DNA from: a bacterium
GTDB lineage: Bacteria > Patescibacteriota > Andersenbacteria > UBA10190 > CAIZMI01
Assembly (NCBI GenBank): GCA_030647555.1
Contig: JAUSJG010000008.1
Coordinates: forward strand, 193,467 to 257,466
Reading direction: 5' to 3'
DNA length: 64,000 bases
The notes below the pieces were generated by a model that was not told the origin of the DNA, did not search any database, and was given only the letters and a program-made list of their open reading frames with translations. Shown piece by piece: positions 20,684 to 30,463 of this stretch. The position numbers were made by a program, and so were the translations under genes. Each line of letters opens with the position of its first letter. Position 1 is the stretch's first letter.

Positions 20684-22015
20684 GTGACGACTAAGAACAA
20701 ATCACTGCTCGGGGTATTGGGGATTGTTTTGCTGACAGTTTTGGCAGTTTTGATCATTATTCCCAATGGTCGTATTCCGGTTGTTAACAAGATTTTTAAT
20801 AAGAGTTTTCGGCTTGGTTTAGATTTACAGGGTGGAACCCAGCTTGTTTATCATGCCGATTTGGCATCAATAAAATCCGACAATAAAACTGAATCATTGC
20901 AAGGTGTGCGTGATGTTATCGAACGCAGGGTAAATGCCTTTGGTGTTTCCGAACCGCGCGTGCAAATTACCGGTGGTATTTCGGAAGCACGCATTGTGGT
21001 GGAATTGGCGGGTATTAAAAATCCGGATGACGCGATAAAGCTTATCGGCGAAACACCAATTTTAGATTTTCGCGAAGAAGGACAAATTAATGCCGAGAAT
21101 ATTAAAACAGAAAATGGGGCGTTGCCGATTGTTTGGAAGCCGACGGAATTAACGGGTCGTAATTTAACCAATGCGGCGGTGGAATATAATCAAAATTCAA
21201 ACGCGCCGGAAATTTCTTTGCAATTCGACAGTCAAGGTGCAAAACTATTTGAAGATATTACGGGACGCAATGTTGGTAAGAGGGTGGGAATTTTCCTGGA
21301 CGGTTCGGTGTTAACCGCGCCGACGGTTCAAACAAAAATTTCCGATGGTCGCGCCGTTATCACCGGCGCCTACAAGGTCGATGAAGCGAAACAACTGGCC
21401 ACTCGTTTAAACGCGGGTGCTTTGCCTGTCGCTATCACGCTGATCAATCGCACTTCCGTTGGTCCAACGTTGGGGCGTGATTCACTTGGTCGCAGTATGG
21501 TGGCCGGTGTGATTGGACTTTTGACGATGATTATTTATATGCTTGTTTTGTATCGCTACCCGGGTCTTCTTGCCGCCTATGCATTGGTGCTATACGCATT
21601 ACTCAATCTTGCAGTCTACAAAATTTTGGGCGTTACCATGACCTTGGCCGGTATTGCAGGCTTTATTCTGTCGATTGGGATGGCTGTGGACGCGAATGTC
21701 TTGATTTTTGAACGACTCAAAGAAGAACTGCGCAATGGTCGGCAACTTATTCCCGGTGTGACCGGGGCGTTTACGGAGGCTTGGGCTTCGATCCGCGATT
21801 CGAACGTATCGAGTCTAATTACCTGCGCGCTTTTGTATATGCTTGGCTCCAGTATTGTTAAAGGTTTCGCGTTAACGCTGGCGATTGGTATTCTTATCAG
21901 TATGTTTTCCGCAATTTCCGTTACTCGGACACTTCTGATGGCGTCGTCAAACATGAAACTTTTTCACAATAAGAAAATTTATACCGACGGGTTAACCACG
22001 GAGGTTAAGAAGTAA
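20684..22015 (+). CDS. secD: Protein translocase subunit SecD
   Basis: LGLDLQGG, RRVNAFGVSEP, GMAVDANVLIFER. Confidence 0.97.
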   Translation: MTTKNKSLLGVLGIVLLTVLAVLIIIPNGRIPVVNKIFNKSFRLGLDLQGGTQLVYHADLASIKSDNKTESLQGVRDVIERRVNAFGVSEPRVQITGGISEARIVVELAGIKNPDDAIKLIGETPILDFREEGQINAENIKTENGALPIVWKPTELTGRNLTNAAVEYNQNSNAPEISLQFDSQGAKLFEDITGRNVGKRVGIFLDGSVLTAPTVQTKISDGRAVITGAYKVDEAKQLATRLNAGALPVAITLINRTSVGPTLGRDSLGRSMVAGVIGLLTMIIYMLVLYRYPGLLAAYALVLYALLNLAVYKILGVTMTLAGIAGFILSIGMAVDANVLIFERLKEELRNGRQLIPGVTGAFTEAWASIRDSNVSSLITCALLYMLGSSIVKGFALTLAIGILISMFSAISVTRTLLMASSNMKLFHNKKIYTDGLTTEVKK

Positions 22016-22914
22016 TGCTGCTTAAGTTTCTAAGTATTTCAAAAACAGCGCGTTATTGGTTTAGTTTTTCCAGTGTTTTGATTGTGTTGAGTTTTGTTGC
22101 GATGGGTGTTTGGGGGTTGCGTCCCGGGATCGATTTTGTCGGTGGCAGTATTATGGAAGTGCGTGGGCAAAACGCGACGGTTGTCTCTATTAGAACGGCC
22201 CTTGAGAAAAATAACCAAAAAAGCATTGAAGTGCAGTCCACCGGCAACAATAGCGTTCAGGTGAGGATGCAACAATTGGATAACGATCAGCACACGAAAC
22301 TTTTGGCGGATTTGTTGAAGGAATTTCCCGGGTTAGAAGAACTGCGTTTTGACAGTGTTGGCCCAATCTTTAGCAAGGACTTGGTTTTCAAATCTATTTT
22401 GGCAATCGTGTTGTCTTCGTTTGGAATTCTTATTTATCTGGCGTTCGTATTTAATAAATCCAGCGCGATTGTTTCTTCGTGGGCATTTGGTATTTTCGCT
22501 GTAGTTGCCCTTATTCATGATGTAGTGATTATTGCCGGTTTCTTCGCGGTTTATGCGCACTATTTCAGTGCCTCGGCGGACTCATTGTTTGTTTCCGCTA
22601 TTTTGACGGTGATCGGCTTTTCGGTGCACGACACCATTGTTATTTATAATCGGGTGAAATCCAATTTAAGGATATTGCGGTTGCCGTTTGGCGAATTAGT
22701 TGATTTGAGTGTATTGGAAACATTTACGCGTTCCGTAAATACATCGGTAACAACGTTATTGGTTTTGCTTTCCTTGTTGTTCTTCGGTGGTAGCACTATT
22801 CGACCATTTGTCGCGACACTCTGTTTTGGTATTATTTTGGGTTCCTATTCCTCGGTCTTCGTAGCCGCACCACTTTTGGTTTGGTGGCAGGAACGGAACA
22901 AAAAGAAAAAATAA
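22015..22914 (+). CDS. secF: Protein translocase subunit SecF
   Basis: GIDFVGG, HDVV, GFSVHDTIVIYNR, GSYSSVFVA. Confidence 0.96.
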   Translation: MLLKFLSISKTARYWFSFSSVLIVLSFVAMGVWGLRPGIDFVGGSIMEVRGQNATVVSIRTALEKNNQKSIEVQSTGNNSVQVRMQQLDNDQHTKLLADLLKEFPGLEELRFDSVGPIFSKDLVFKSILAIVLSSFGILIYLAFVFNKSSAIVSSWAFGIFAVVALIHDVVIIAGFFAVYAHYFSASADSLFVSAILTVIGFSVHDTIVIYNRVKSNLRILRLPFGELVDLSVLETFTRSVNTSVTTLLVLLSLLFFGGSTIRPFVATLCFGIILGSYSSVFVAAPLLVWWQERNKKKK

Positions 22915-22971
22915 TTGGTTATTCGGTATTCTGTTTAGTAATTGGTGGGCGTGTTTGGCTAGAAAGCTTTT

Positions 22972-23094
22972 AAACCCCAAATCCTAAACACCAATGTCCA
23001 ACAAAATCCTAATTATTTAAATCACAAAAAATACGTTTTAGTCATTAGGTTTTTTTGATTTTTGTTGGGATTTGGTCATTGGGATTTGGGTTTT
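22972..23094. repeat. Heptamer-unit inverted repeat (AAATCCC/AATGTCC type)
   Basis: aaaccccaaatcctaaacaccaatgtccaacaaaa pairs with ttttgttgggatttggtcattgggatttgggtttt. Confidence 0.88.
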
Positions 23095-23137
23095 TATATT
23101 GCTTGGTTTCTCGTTATGAGTCTGTTAATGTGTCATT

Positions 23138-24100
23138 ATGCCAATTATACAAAACAAGATTATCGGCAATTCCGCCCTCGTCGATTTTCTAAATAAGCTT
23201 GTCGATGCCGACAAAATGCCCACTTCCGTCCTCTTGGCCGGTCCGGCAATGGTTGGTAAGTCGACGATATTGGATAGTGTTGCTCAACGGATTATTTGTG
23301 TTGATGGAACAATTTGCGGTCATTGTTCCGGTTGTACAATCGGAACAATAAACCATCCGGATGTTTTGCGTCTTGGTGCTTCCGAAGAAGAATCGTTGCG
23401 AAAGGGAATAAGCAATCTTTTGAAACGTATTCACCAAAAACCGGTGCTTGGGAAAAAACTGATTGTTTTTCTGGAAAATATTGATGAATTTTATTGGGCG
23501 TCATCACCGCTTTTATTAAAAGCGTTGGAAGACGCGCCAAGTTTTGTAATCTTCTTCTTAACCGCGGAAAATTTGGAAGCGGTGCTTCCCACAATTCGGT
23601 CTCGTTCGATGGTGCGGTATGTTGGCCCGATTGGCGCTATTGCTTTAAAAGAGCAACTTTCTCGACAGTTTGTCGCAAGGGGTAAACAGGTTCCGCCGAG
23701 TTCTCAAACTGCCGTCAATGATGTAGATTTAATAGACCAGATAGTTTCGCTGGCCGGCGGTCGGCCGGGTCTGGCGATAAGGCTTTTTGAAGATAGCGTG
23801 CTACGAGAGAAATATGGGTCTTGGCGCGCTAACTTGCTGAATATGCCAAATCTGACCGTTGGTGAAAGGTCGCAATTTGCGGAAACGATCGATAAGGCCG
23901 GAGAGGGAAAGGAAGTAATGAATTTATTACAAAGTTTGCTAAGAGAGCGTTTAGCGGAAGATGCTATCGTGAAAAAAGTGCGCATCGGCAGTTTTAAGAA
24001 TTTTTTAGGAACCATTAGGCGCAGTCGCGAGGCCACGGCAATGTTTAAGGCCAATATTCCTCAAAGATTGGTTCTGGAATACGTTTTCTTTAATCAATAA
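23138..24100 (+). CDS. holB: DNA polymerase III delta-prime (clamp loader) subunit
   Basis: GPAMVGKST, C-x5-CGHCSGC zinc site, HPD, LLKALED, LPTIRSR, AGGRPGLA. Confidence 0.85.
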   Translation: MPIIQNKIIGNSALVDFLNKLVDADKMPTSVLLAGPAMVGKSTILDSVAQRIICVDGTICGHCSGCTIGTINHPDVLRLGASEEESLRKGISNLLKRIHQKPVLGKKLIVFLENIDEFYWASSPLLLKALEDAPSFVIFFLTAENLEAVLPTIRSRSMVRYVGPIGAIALKEQLSRQFVARGKQVPPSSQTAVNDVDLIDQIVSLAGGRPGLAIRLFEDSVLREKYGSWRANLLNMPNLTVGERSQFAETIDKAGEGKEVMNLLQSLLRERLAEDAIVKKVRIGSFKNFLGTIRRSREATAMFKANIPQRLVLEYVFFNQ

Positions 24101-24119
24101 AAAATAATAGTGTCAAATT

Positions 24120-24668
24120 ATGAAAAACATAAAGTTATCTCCAAATTTTGAGCCGGCTGTCAGTCATCTGACAGAACAGTTGCGTGGTATTCGTACCGGT
24201 CGTGCGTCAACCGGCTTAGTGGAGGGGGTAACTGTCGATTATTATGGAACACAAACGCGTCTAAAAGATATGGCGTCTATCACCACCCCCGGCGCGCAAC
24301 TTATTCAAATTGAACCATGGGACAAAAATGCGGTTAGCAATGTTGTAAAAGCGATTGAAATTTCTTCCTTGGGCCTTAATCCAACCGTTGCCGGTTCAAT
24401 TATTCGTTTAAATTTACCGCAACTTACGGAAGATCGAAGAAAAGAGTTGGTAAAAGTTGTTGGCAAATATGTTGAAGAAGCAAAAATCGCCGTCAGGAAT
24501 GTGCGGGAAAAATTATTGCGTGAAATTAAAAACCAATTGGATGCCAAAGACCTTTCAGAGGATGAACATCGTGGCGAAAAAGATACGATTCAAAAAGAAG
24601 TGAATGATGCGTTGCTTGTAATTGACGAAGAAGGTAAGGAAAAGGAAGCTGAACTTCTTTCTGTCTAA
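24120..24668 (+). CDS. frr: Ribosome recycling factor
   Basis: IRTGRAS, VDYYG, PQLTEDRRKELVK, AKIAVRNVR. Confidence 0.97.
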   Translation: MKNIKLSPNFEPAVSHLTEQLRGIRTGRASTGLVEGVTVDYYGTQTRLKDMASITTPGAQLIQIEPWDKNAVSNVVKAIEISSLGLNPTVAGSIIRLNLPQLTEDRRKELVKVVGKYVEEAKIAVRNVREKLLREIKNQLDAKDLSEDEHRGEKDTIQKEVNDALLVIDEEGKEKEAELLSV

Positions 24669-24670
24669 CA

Positions 24671-25762
24671 ATGGTAACAATAATAATCTTCGTTCTTGTT
24701 CTCCTCGTACTGATTGTTTCGCACGAGTTTGGACACGCTATGGCGGCTTGGTTAACGGGTTGTCGGGTGGAGGAATTTGGTGTTGGATTCCCGCCAAAAT
24801 TATTCGGAAAAAAAATTGGTGATACATTGTTTACCGTCAATGCTGTGCCATTGGGCGGGTTTGTGCGGATTACCGGTGAAGACGGAGTGACCGGCGTGGA
24901 CGGCACAACCACAGTTGATAAAAAGTCGTTTGCGAATAAAAACTTTGTCGTAAAATTGATTATTTTGGTCGCGGGGGTGACGATGAATATCTTGTTGGCG
25001 GTGGTAATTTATACGATTATTGCCGGTGTTGGTTCCAGTGTTCCTATTGAAGGAATTCCCGCCAACCTGCCGATTGTGGATAAGCGAGTTGAGATTGTCG
25101 CCGTAGAAAAAAATGATATTCTAGCAAAAACAAACATTAAGGCCGGAGATGTAATTAGTAAAGTTGGGGATCAAATTGTCGCAGATTCGGCAGCCGCCGC
25201 TACGGCGATTAAAAGTTTTACGGGAAGCGAACTTTTCTTGACATTAAAAAACGAAAAAGAGACCAGAATTGTTAATATAAAATTTAACGGCCAACACGAG
25301 GCGGGAAAACCGGTCGGTCTTTCTTTGCTGGATGTTGGTACTTATCGCGTGGTTTGGTATCAAGCGCCGATCGAGGGCGTAAGGGCAACCGTGCGCGTGG
25401 TCAAAATGACGGCAACCGGTATAGGTGGTCTTTTTTACAATCTTATTTGGCAAAGACAGGTTCCATCTGATGTTGCCGGTCCGGTTGGGATTGCAAAGAT
25501 TGTTGGACAAGTTGGCAGTCAGGGGGTACTTCCACTAATGGAACTAATGGCGGTCTTGAGCGTAAATTTGGCGTTGATAAATATCTTACCAATTCCTGCC
25601 CTAGACGGCGGTCGGGTGTTGTTTGTGATAATCGAGGCGTTGGGAATTCGCACATTTAGAGGGAAAATTGAACAAATGGCCCATTCGATTGGGTTTGTCT
25701 TGCTCATTTTACTGGTTTTGCTTATAACAATTAATGATATTAGACGTATCATTCATCCATGA
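24671..25762 (+). CDS. rseP: RIP metalloprotease RseP (site-2 protease M50 with PDZ)
   Basis: HEFGH, PLGGFVRITG, NILPIPALDGG. Confidence 0.93.
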   Translation: MVTIIIFVLVLLVLIVSHEFGHAMAAWLTGCRVEEFGVGFPPKLFGKKIGDTLFTVNAVPLGGFVRITGEDGVTGVDGTTTVDKKSFANKNFVVKLIILVAGVTMNILLAVVIYTIIAGVGSSVPIEGIPANLPIVDKRVEIVAVEKNDILAKTNIKAGDVISKVGDQIVADSAAAATAIKSFTGSELFLTLKNEKETRIVNIKFNGQHEAGKPVGLSLLDVGTYRVVWYQAPIEGVRATVRVVKMTATGIGGLFYNLIWQRQVPSDVAGPVGIAKIVGQVGSQGVLPLMELMAVLSVNLALINILPIPALDGGRVLFVIIEALGIRTFRGKIEQMAHSIGFVLLILLVLLITINDIRRIIHP

Positions 25763-27513
25763 AAACCATGAAAAAACCATCTCAAAAAGTCCAAAGACAG
25801 TCTAAGTATTTTTGTAAAACCACAAGGGAAACACCCAAGGATGTTGAGTCCAATTCGCACGCATTTTTAATCAGGGGCGGGTATATTCGTGAATCCGTCG
25901 CGGGGCGTTATTACTTCTTACCGTTGGGTTATAAAGTGCAACAAAAAATAATGGATGTAGTGAGAGAAGAAATGAATAATGTCGGTGCGCAAGAAATGTT
26001 AGCACCAATTTTGCATCCTCTGGAACTTTGGAAAGAAACTAATCGCACAAACACAACCGGCTTTGAGTTGATGAAAGTCAAAGATCGTCGGGGAGGAGAA
26101 TTCGCGCTTGGCGGTACAGCAGAAGAAATGTTTGTTGATCTTGTTAGACAATTTAAATTGAGCTACAAAGATTTGCCATTTCAGCTATATCAATTCTCAA
26201 CAAAGTTTAGAGATGAACTAAGGGCGCGTGGTGGTTTACTGCGCGTGCGTGAATTTATTATGAAAGATGGTTATTCATTTCATCGCAACGAGGAAGATTT
26301 CAAAGAGACTTATGAAAAAATGAAAATTGCTTATACGAAAATGTTTGACCGTCTGGGTCTCAAAACGGCAATTGTTGAGTCGGATAACGGTTATATCGGT
26401 GGCGAATATTGCCACGAGTTTATTGTTGAATCAGAAATCGGCGAGAGTAAATATTTTACAACCGATGATGGTGCTTATTCGGCGCATGAAGATGTGGCGA
26501 AATTTAGAAAATTGGATGTAGAAAACACAGATGAGGCGGAGAAAGAAAGAGAGGATGTGGAAGGGGTCGGTATTGTTGGTGTGGAAGAGCTTGCTAAGTT
26601 TTTAAAAATTCCGGCCGAAAAAACAACAAAGACTATTCTTTTTGAAAATGAAAAGGGTGAAGTGGTCGCGGTAGCAGTAAGCGGTATTTATGACATCAAT
26701 GAAACGAAACTAAAAAACGTTCTTGATTGTACGCAATTAAAATTGGCTTCGCCGGAAGTTGTAGAAAAAGTTACCGGGGCAACAGTTGGATATGCAGGTA
26801 TTCTGAATTTACCCAATGGTGTAAAAGTTGTGATGGACGAATCACTTCAGGGTCGAAAGAATTTTGAGTGCGGTGCCAATAAGACAAATTTTCATTCGAT
26901 TAACATTAATTTTGGACGCGATTTGCCTGAACCGGAAAAATATTATGATATTGCTTTGGCCAAAGCGGGATATTTGGCACCAGATGGAAAGCAGAAACTA
27001 ATCGAGAAAAAGGGAATTGAGGTGGGGAACATTTTCCAGCTCGGGTATCATTACACAAAATTAATGAAGGGCGCGGTTTATATTGACGCGGATGGAAAAG
27101 AAAAGCCGTTTTATATGGGTTGTTATGGTTTTGGGATCGGACGTACAATGGCGACCATCGCCGAAAAATATCACGATGAAAAAGGATTGATGTGGCCAAG
27201 CGTGGTAGCGCCATTTGATGTTCACGTTGTTTCGCTTAAGGACAATGAGTACGCGGGTAAAGTGGCGGAAACGCTAAGCAATGAAGGTTTTGAAGTTTTG
27301 TTTGACGAACGGGATGGCGCGTCGGTTGGTGAAAAATTCGCGGATAGCGAACTAATCGGTATTCCCGTGCAGGTGATCGTTAGTGAACGCGGAGCGAAGG
27401 AAAATATCGTCGAAATCAGACAGCGTCGAGATTTGAAAAATTCACAAAAAATTAGTCGTGATAGCGAACAAATATTGGTAGTGGTTAATAAAATGTTGGA
27501 GGCGGTTAAGTGA
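25759..27513 (+). CDS. proS: Proline-tRNA ligase (with insertion editing domain)
   Basis: KFRDELRARGGLLRVREFIMKDGYSF, GIEVGNIFQLG, MGCYGFGIGR. Confidence 0.97.
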   Translation: MKTMKKPSQKVQRQSKYFCKTTRETPKDVESNSHAFLIRGGYIRESVAGRYYFLPLGYKVQQKIMDVVREEMNNVGAQEMLAPILHPLELWKETNRTNTTGFELMKVKDRRGGEFALGGTAEEMFVDLVRQFKLSYKDLPFQLYQFSTKFRDELRARGGLLRVREFIMKDGYSFHRNEEDFKETYEKMKIAYTKMFDRLGLKTAIVESDNGYIGGEYCHEFIVESEIGESKYFTTDDGAYSAHEDVAKFRKLDVENTDEAEKEREDVEGVGIVGVEELAKFLKIPAEKTTKTILFENEKGEVVAVAVSGIYDINETKLKNVLDCTQLKLASPEVVEKVTGATVGYAGILNLPNGVKVVMDESLQGRKNFECGANKTNFHSININFGRDLPEPEKYYDIALAKAGYLAPDGKQKLIEKKGIEVGNIFQLGYHYTKLMKGAVYIDADGKEKPFYMGCYGFGIGRTMATIAEKYHDEKGLMWPSVVAPFDVHVVSLKDNEYAGKVAETLSNEGFEVLFDERDGASVGEKFADSELIGIPVQVIVSERGAKENIVEIRQRRDLKNSQKISRDSEQILVVVNKMLEAVK

Positions 27514-27530
27514 GTATCGGTGTTGGAGTC

Positions 27531-27702
27531 ATTCCCTCCTTTATCAAATGGCGCGGCGGATGCCCCGAGAACATCCGGTGGATGTTCGAGAGGGTGCCAG
27601 CGCCGGCACATCAGTGCCGTGCCGGGCGGGGGTGGATTCTGAAAAGAATTCGTAATAATTACTTAATCCCTCCCATCCTCCCTTTGGTAAAGGGAGGAGA
27701 CG
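27531..27702. repeat. Inverted doublet of CCCTCCCTT/AAGGGAGG hairpin repeats; left copy holds a 75-bp structured insert (109-bp repeat copy 2)
   Basis: 27531-27639 matches 7579-7687; 27662-27702 matches 48191-48231 at 40/41 nt. Confidence 0.93.
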
Positions 27703-27747
27703 CGGTGATTTCGCAGAATTATTTTCAATTACGTATAAAAACCCTAA

Positions 27748-28800
27748 ATGTTTGATCGACTATTCGGAAAATTTTCCCAGGATTTAGGGATCGATTTGGG
27801 CACCGCCAACACGCTTGTCTACAGCAAGGGAAAGGGAATTGTAATAAACGAACCATCGGTAGTGGCAATGAACACCAAGACCAAACAGATTTTGGCGATT
27901 GGCACCGAGGCGCGAAAAATGGTTGGTAAAACACCGGCCCACATTGTCGCCACGCGCCCACTCCGTGATGGTGTTATTTCCGATTTCGAAATTACCGAGC
28001 ACATGTTGCGTTATTTTATTGACAAAGTGCATCATGATTCGTTTTCGTTGGTGCCAAGACCACGCGTAATTATCGGTGTCCCGTCCGGTGTTACGGAGGT
28101 GGAAAAACGCGCCGTGGAAGACGCGGCCATGCGCGCCGGGGCACGCAAAGCTTTTCTTATTGAGGAACCAATGGCCGCGGCGATTGGTTCGAGACTTCCT
28201 GTTCAAGATTCGGCGGGAAATTTAATCGTTGATATTGGTGGAGGTACAACCGAAGTGGCCGTTATCTCTTTGGGAGGTGTCGTAGTGAGCCGTTCATTAA
28301 GAATTGCCGGAGACGAATTGAGCGAAAACGTCATTCAATACGCGCGTGATGAATTTAATTTGCTTTTGGGTGAACGTACAGCGGAAGGAATAAAAATCGG
28401 GATTGGGTCGGCTTGGGAACTTTCGGAACCGTTAGAAATGCCGATGCGAGGACGCGATCTTGTAACCGGACTTCCAAAGGAAGTAATTGTGAACGATACG
28501 CAAATTCGTGAAGCGTTAAGTCGTTCTGTGCGGACAATCGTCAACAGCGTTAAGGCCACAGTAGAAGAAACACCGCCGGAATTATTAGCCGATATTATGG
28601 AGCGGGGAATTGTCTTATCGGGTGGTGGCGCGCTTTTAAGAGGGTTAGATAAATTAATCGCGTCAACAACACATATTCCAACGCGTGTTGCCGATGATCC
28701 GTTAACCGCCGTCGTGCGAGGCACAGGCATTGTGTTGGAGGAATTGGAGTCATTACAGGAAGTGTTAGCCCCCTCCCCATCCCCAAAACCGTTGCGCTAG
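27748..28800 (+). CDS. mreB: Rod shape-determining protein MreB (operonic copy)
   Basis: LGIDLGTANT, DIGGGTTEVAVISLGG, LSGGGALL; upstream of mreC/mreD/PBP2. Confidence 0.97.
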   Translation: MFDRLFGKFSQDLGIDLGTANTLVYSKGKGIVINEPSVVAMNTKTKQILAIGTEARKMVGKTPAHIVATRPLRDGVISDFEITEHMLRYFIDKVHHDSFSLVPRPRVIIGVPSGVTEVEKRAVEDAAMRAGARKAFLIEEPMAAAIGSRLPVQDSAGNLIVDIGGGTTEVAVISLGGVVVSRSLRIAGDELSENVIQYARDEFNLLLGERTAEGIKIGIGSAWELSEPLEMPMRGRDLVTGLPKEVIVNDTQIREALSRSVRTIVNSVKATVEETPPELLADIMERGIVLSGGGALLRGLDKLIASTTHIPTRVADDPLTAVVRGTGIVLEELESLQEVLAPSPSPKPLR

Positions 28801-28824
28801 TATTTACATTTTTCTATTAATCAA

Positions 28825-30303
28825 ATGATGATTTCTAAAACCGAATATATGATGTTTTTGAAGCACCCGGCTTGGCTGTGGTTAAAAAAACATAACCCAA
28901 AAAAACTTCCACCGGTTACGGCCGGCACGCAAGCGCTTTTTGATTCCGGTCACCGGTTTGAGCAATATGCCGAGAAACTTTTTCCCGTTGGCGTTCGTCT
29001 TGGTTTTGATAATTATGGCGAATATCTATCATTACCCGAGCGTACCACGAAGGCACTGGCTGATGGCGCAAAGACGATATTTCAGGGTCGTTTTGAGTTT
29101 AATCAACTCACTTTTATTTGTGACATTGTGGATGTTGTTGGGGATAAAACCGTTGATCTTATTGAAATAAAATCGAGTACGACGGCAAAAGATGAACACG
29201 AATTTGATTTGGCATTTCAAATGGTCGTGCTTGAAGGGTGTGGTTTTACGGTACGCAATATCTCGGTTATTCATGTCAATAATGATTATGTACGTGAAGG
29301 AGAAGTTGATCCGAAAGCAATAACAAAAACAAGCGAAATTACCGAAGCGGTGAAGGCTAAACGTGAATATACCAAGGAGCGAATTGAGCAGGCGTTGAAG
29401 GTGGCAAATTCGGATAAGTGTCCCGATCTTTCTCCCTCGTTTGTTCAGCTTGGTTCGGTTGGGGATTGGCTGAATATCTACAGAAGTCTTGCGGACGTTA
29501 AACCATTGAGTATTTATGACTTGTGTAGCATTAGCGCGCAAACAATCGGCGAGTTGGAAAAGTCGGGTGTAGAGTTGATTGTTGATATACGCGACGATGT
29601 TAAATTAAACTTTAAACAGTCGCTTCAGGTGCGCGCTACCAAACAAGGGGGAGCAATTATTAATAAAGATACAATCAAGCAGTTTTTGGATGAACTGATA
29701 TTTCCACTTTATTTCTTTGATTATGAAACTCTTTCCAGCAGTGTGCCTTATTTTGATGGGATGCGTCCGTATAAACAATATCCATTTCAGTATTCGTTGC
29801 ATATTCTTGACGCACCGGACTTAGAGCTTCGTCATATGGGTTATTTGCACAAAGACAACTCCGATCCGGCGGAAGTGTTGAGTAAAACTCTAAGGGCGCA
29901 AATTGGGGAATCCGGTTCCGTTGTTACGTGGAATATGGGTTTTGAAAAAGGTTGCAACGAACTTATCGGTTCCAGGTTGCCGGAATATGCCGATTTTTAT
30001 AAATCGCTCAACAATAGAATTGTCGATTTGATGACTCCTTTTTCGACGGGTTTGTATGTTGATAAGGATTTCAAAGGAAGCGCTTCGATTAAAAATGTTT
30101 TACCTGTTTTGGTGCCGGAGTTGTCTTATAAGAATTTAGGAATTCAAGAAGGCGGTTCGGCGCAACGGCTGTGGATGGAGGCTATTTTGGATGGCAAGCG
30201 AATAAACGAGAAAGAAAAGATTCTAAGTGATCTGCACGAATACTGTAAGCTCGATACATTGGCGATGGTGGAAATATACAGGAGACTTAGAGGACTGACG
30301 TAA
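28825..30303 (+). CDS. DUF2779-type protein: N-terminal PD-(D/E)XK nuclease-like and C-terminal RNase H/DEDD-like domain
   Basis: CDIV...LIEIKSST; YFFDYET, PFQYSLH, SIKNVLPVL, YCKLDTLAM. Confidence 0.75.
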   Translation: MMISKTEYMMFLKHPAWLWLKKHNPKKLPPVTAGTQALFDSGHRFEQYAEKLFPVGVRLGFDNYGEYLSLPERTTKALADGAKTIFQGRFEFNQLTFICDIVDVVGDKTVDLIEIKSSTTAKDEHEFDLAFQMVVLEGCGFTVRNISVIHVNNDYVREGEVDPKAITKTSEITEAVKAKREYTKERIEQALKVANSDKCPDLSPSFVQLGSVGDWLNIYRSLADVKPLSIYDLCSISAQTIGELEKSGVELIVDIRDDVKLNFKQSLQVRATKQGGAIINKDTIKQFLDELIFPLYFFDYETLSSSVPYFDGMRPYKQYPFQYSLHILDAPDLELRHMGYLHKDNSDPAEVLSKTLRAQIGESGSVVTWNMGFEKGCNELIGSRLPEYADFYKSLNNRIVDLMTPFSTGLYVDKDFKGSASIKNVLPVLVPELSYKNLGIQEGGSAQRLWMEAILDGKRINEKEKILSDLHEYCKLDTLAMVEIYRRLRGLT

Positions 30304-30322
30304 AGGATCAGACGGTTAAACT

Positions 30323-30383
30323 GATTCCCGCCCTTCAGGGCGAGGCTCGCCCAGATGGGCGGCCTGCTTGATACAGGAATGAC
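30323..30383. repeat. 36-bp double-hairpin element (30327-30362) nested in an ATTCCTG/CAGGAATGAC hairpin
   Basis: Removing 36 bp restores gattcctg-cttgata-caggaatgac. Confidence 0.85.
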
Positions 30384-30463
30384 ACGGCGGGAGATTTAGT
30401 TCTTAGTACCGGGTTGCGGCGGTAACCACTAATTTCGTTTCTTGTGGTAAAGTGTTTTTGAAG

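Noticed and set aside
27510-27755. 81-aa ORF bridging proS and mreB (and antisense ORFs 7465-7659 and 27222-27611 starting MCRRWHPL)
   Set aside because: They consist largely of the composite repeat; their similarity to each other is explained by the DNA repeat. Translation of 27510-27755 cannot be fully excluded because it overlaps both neighbours.
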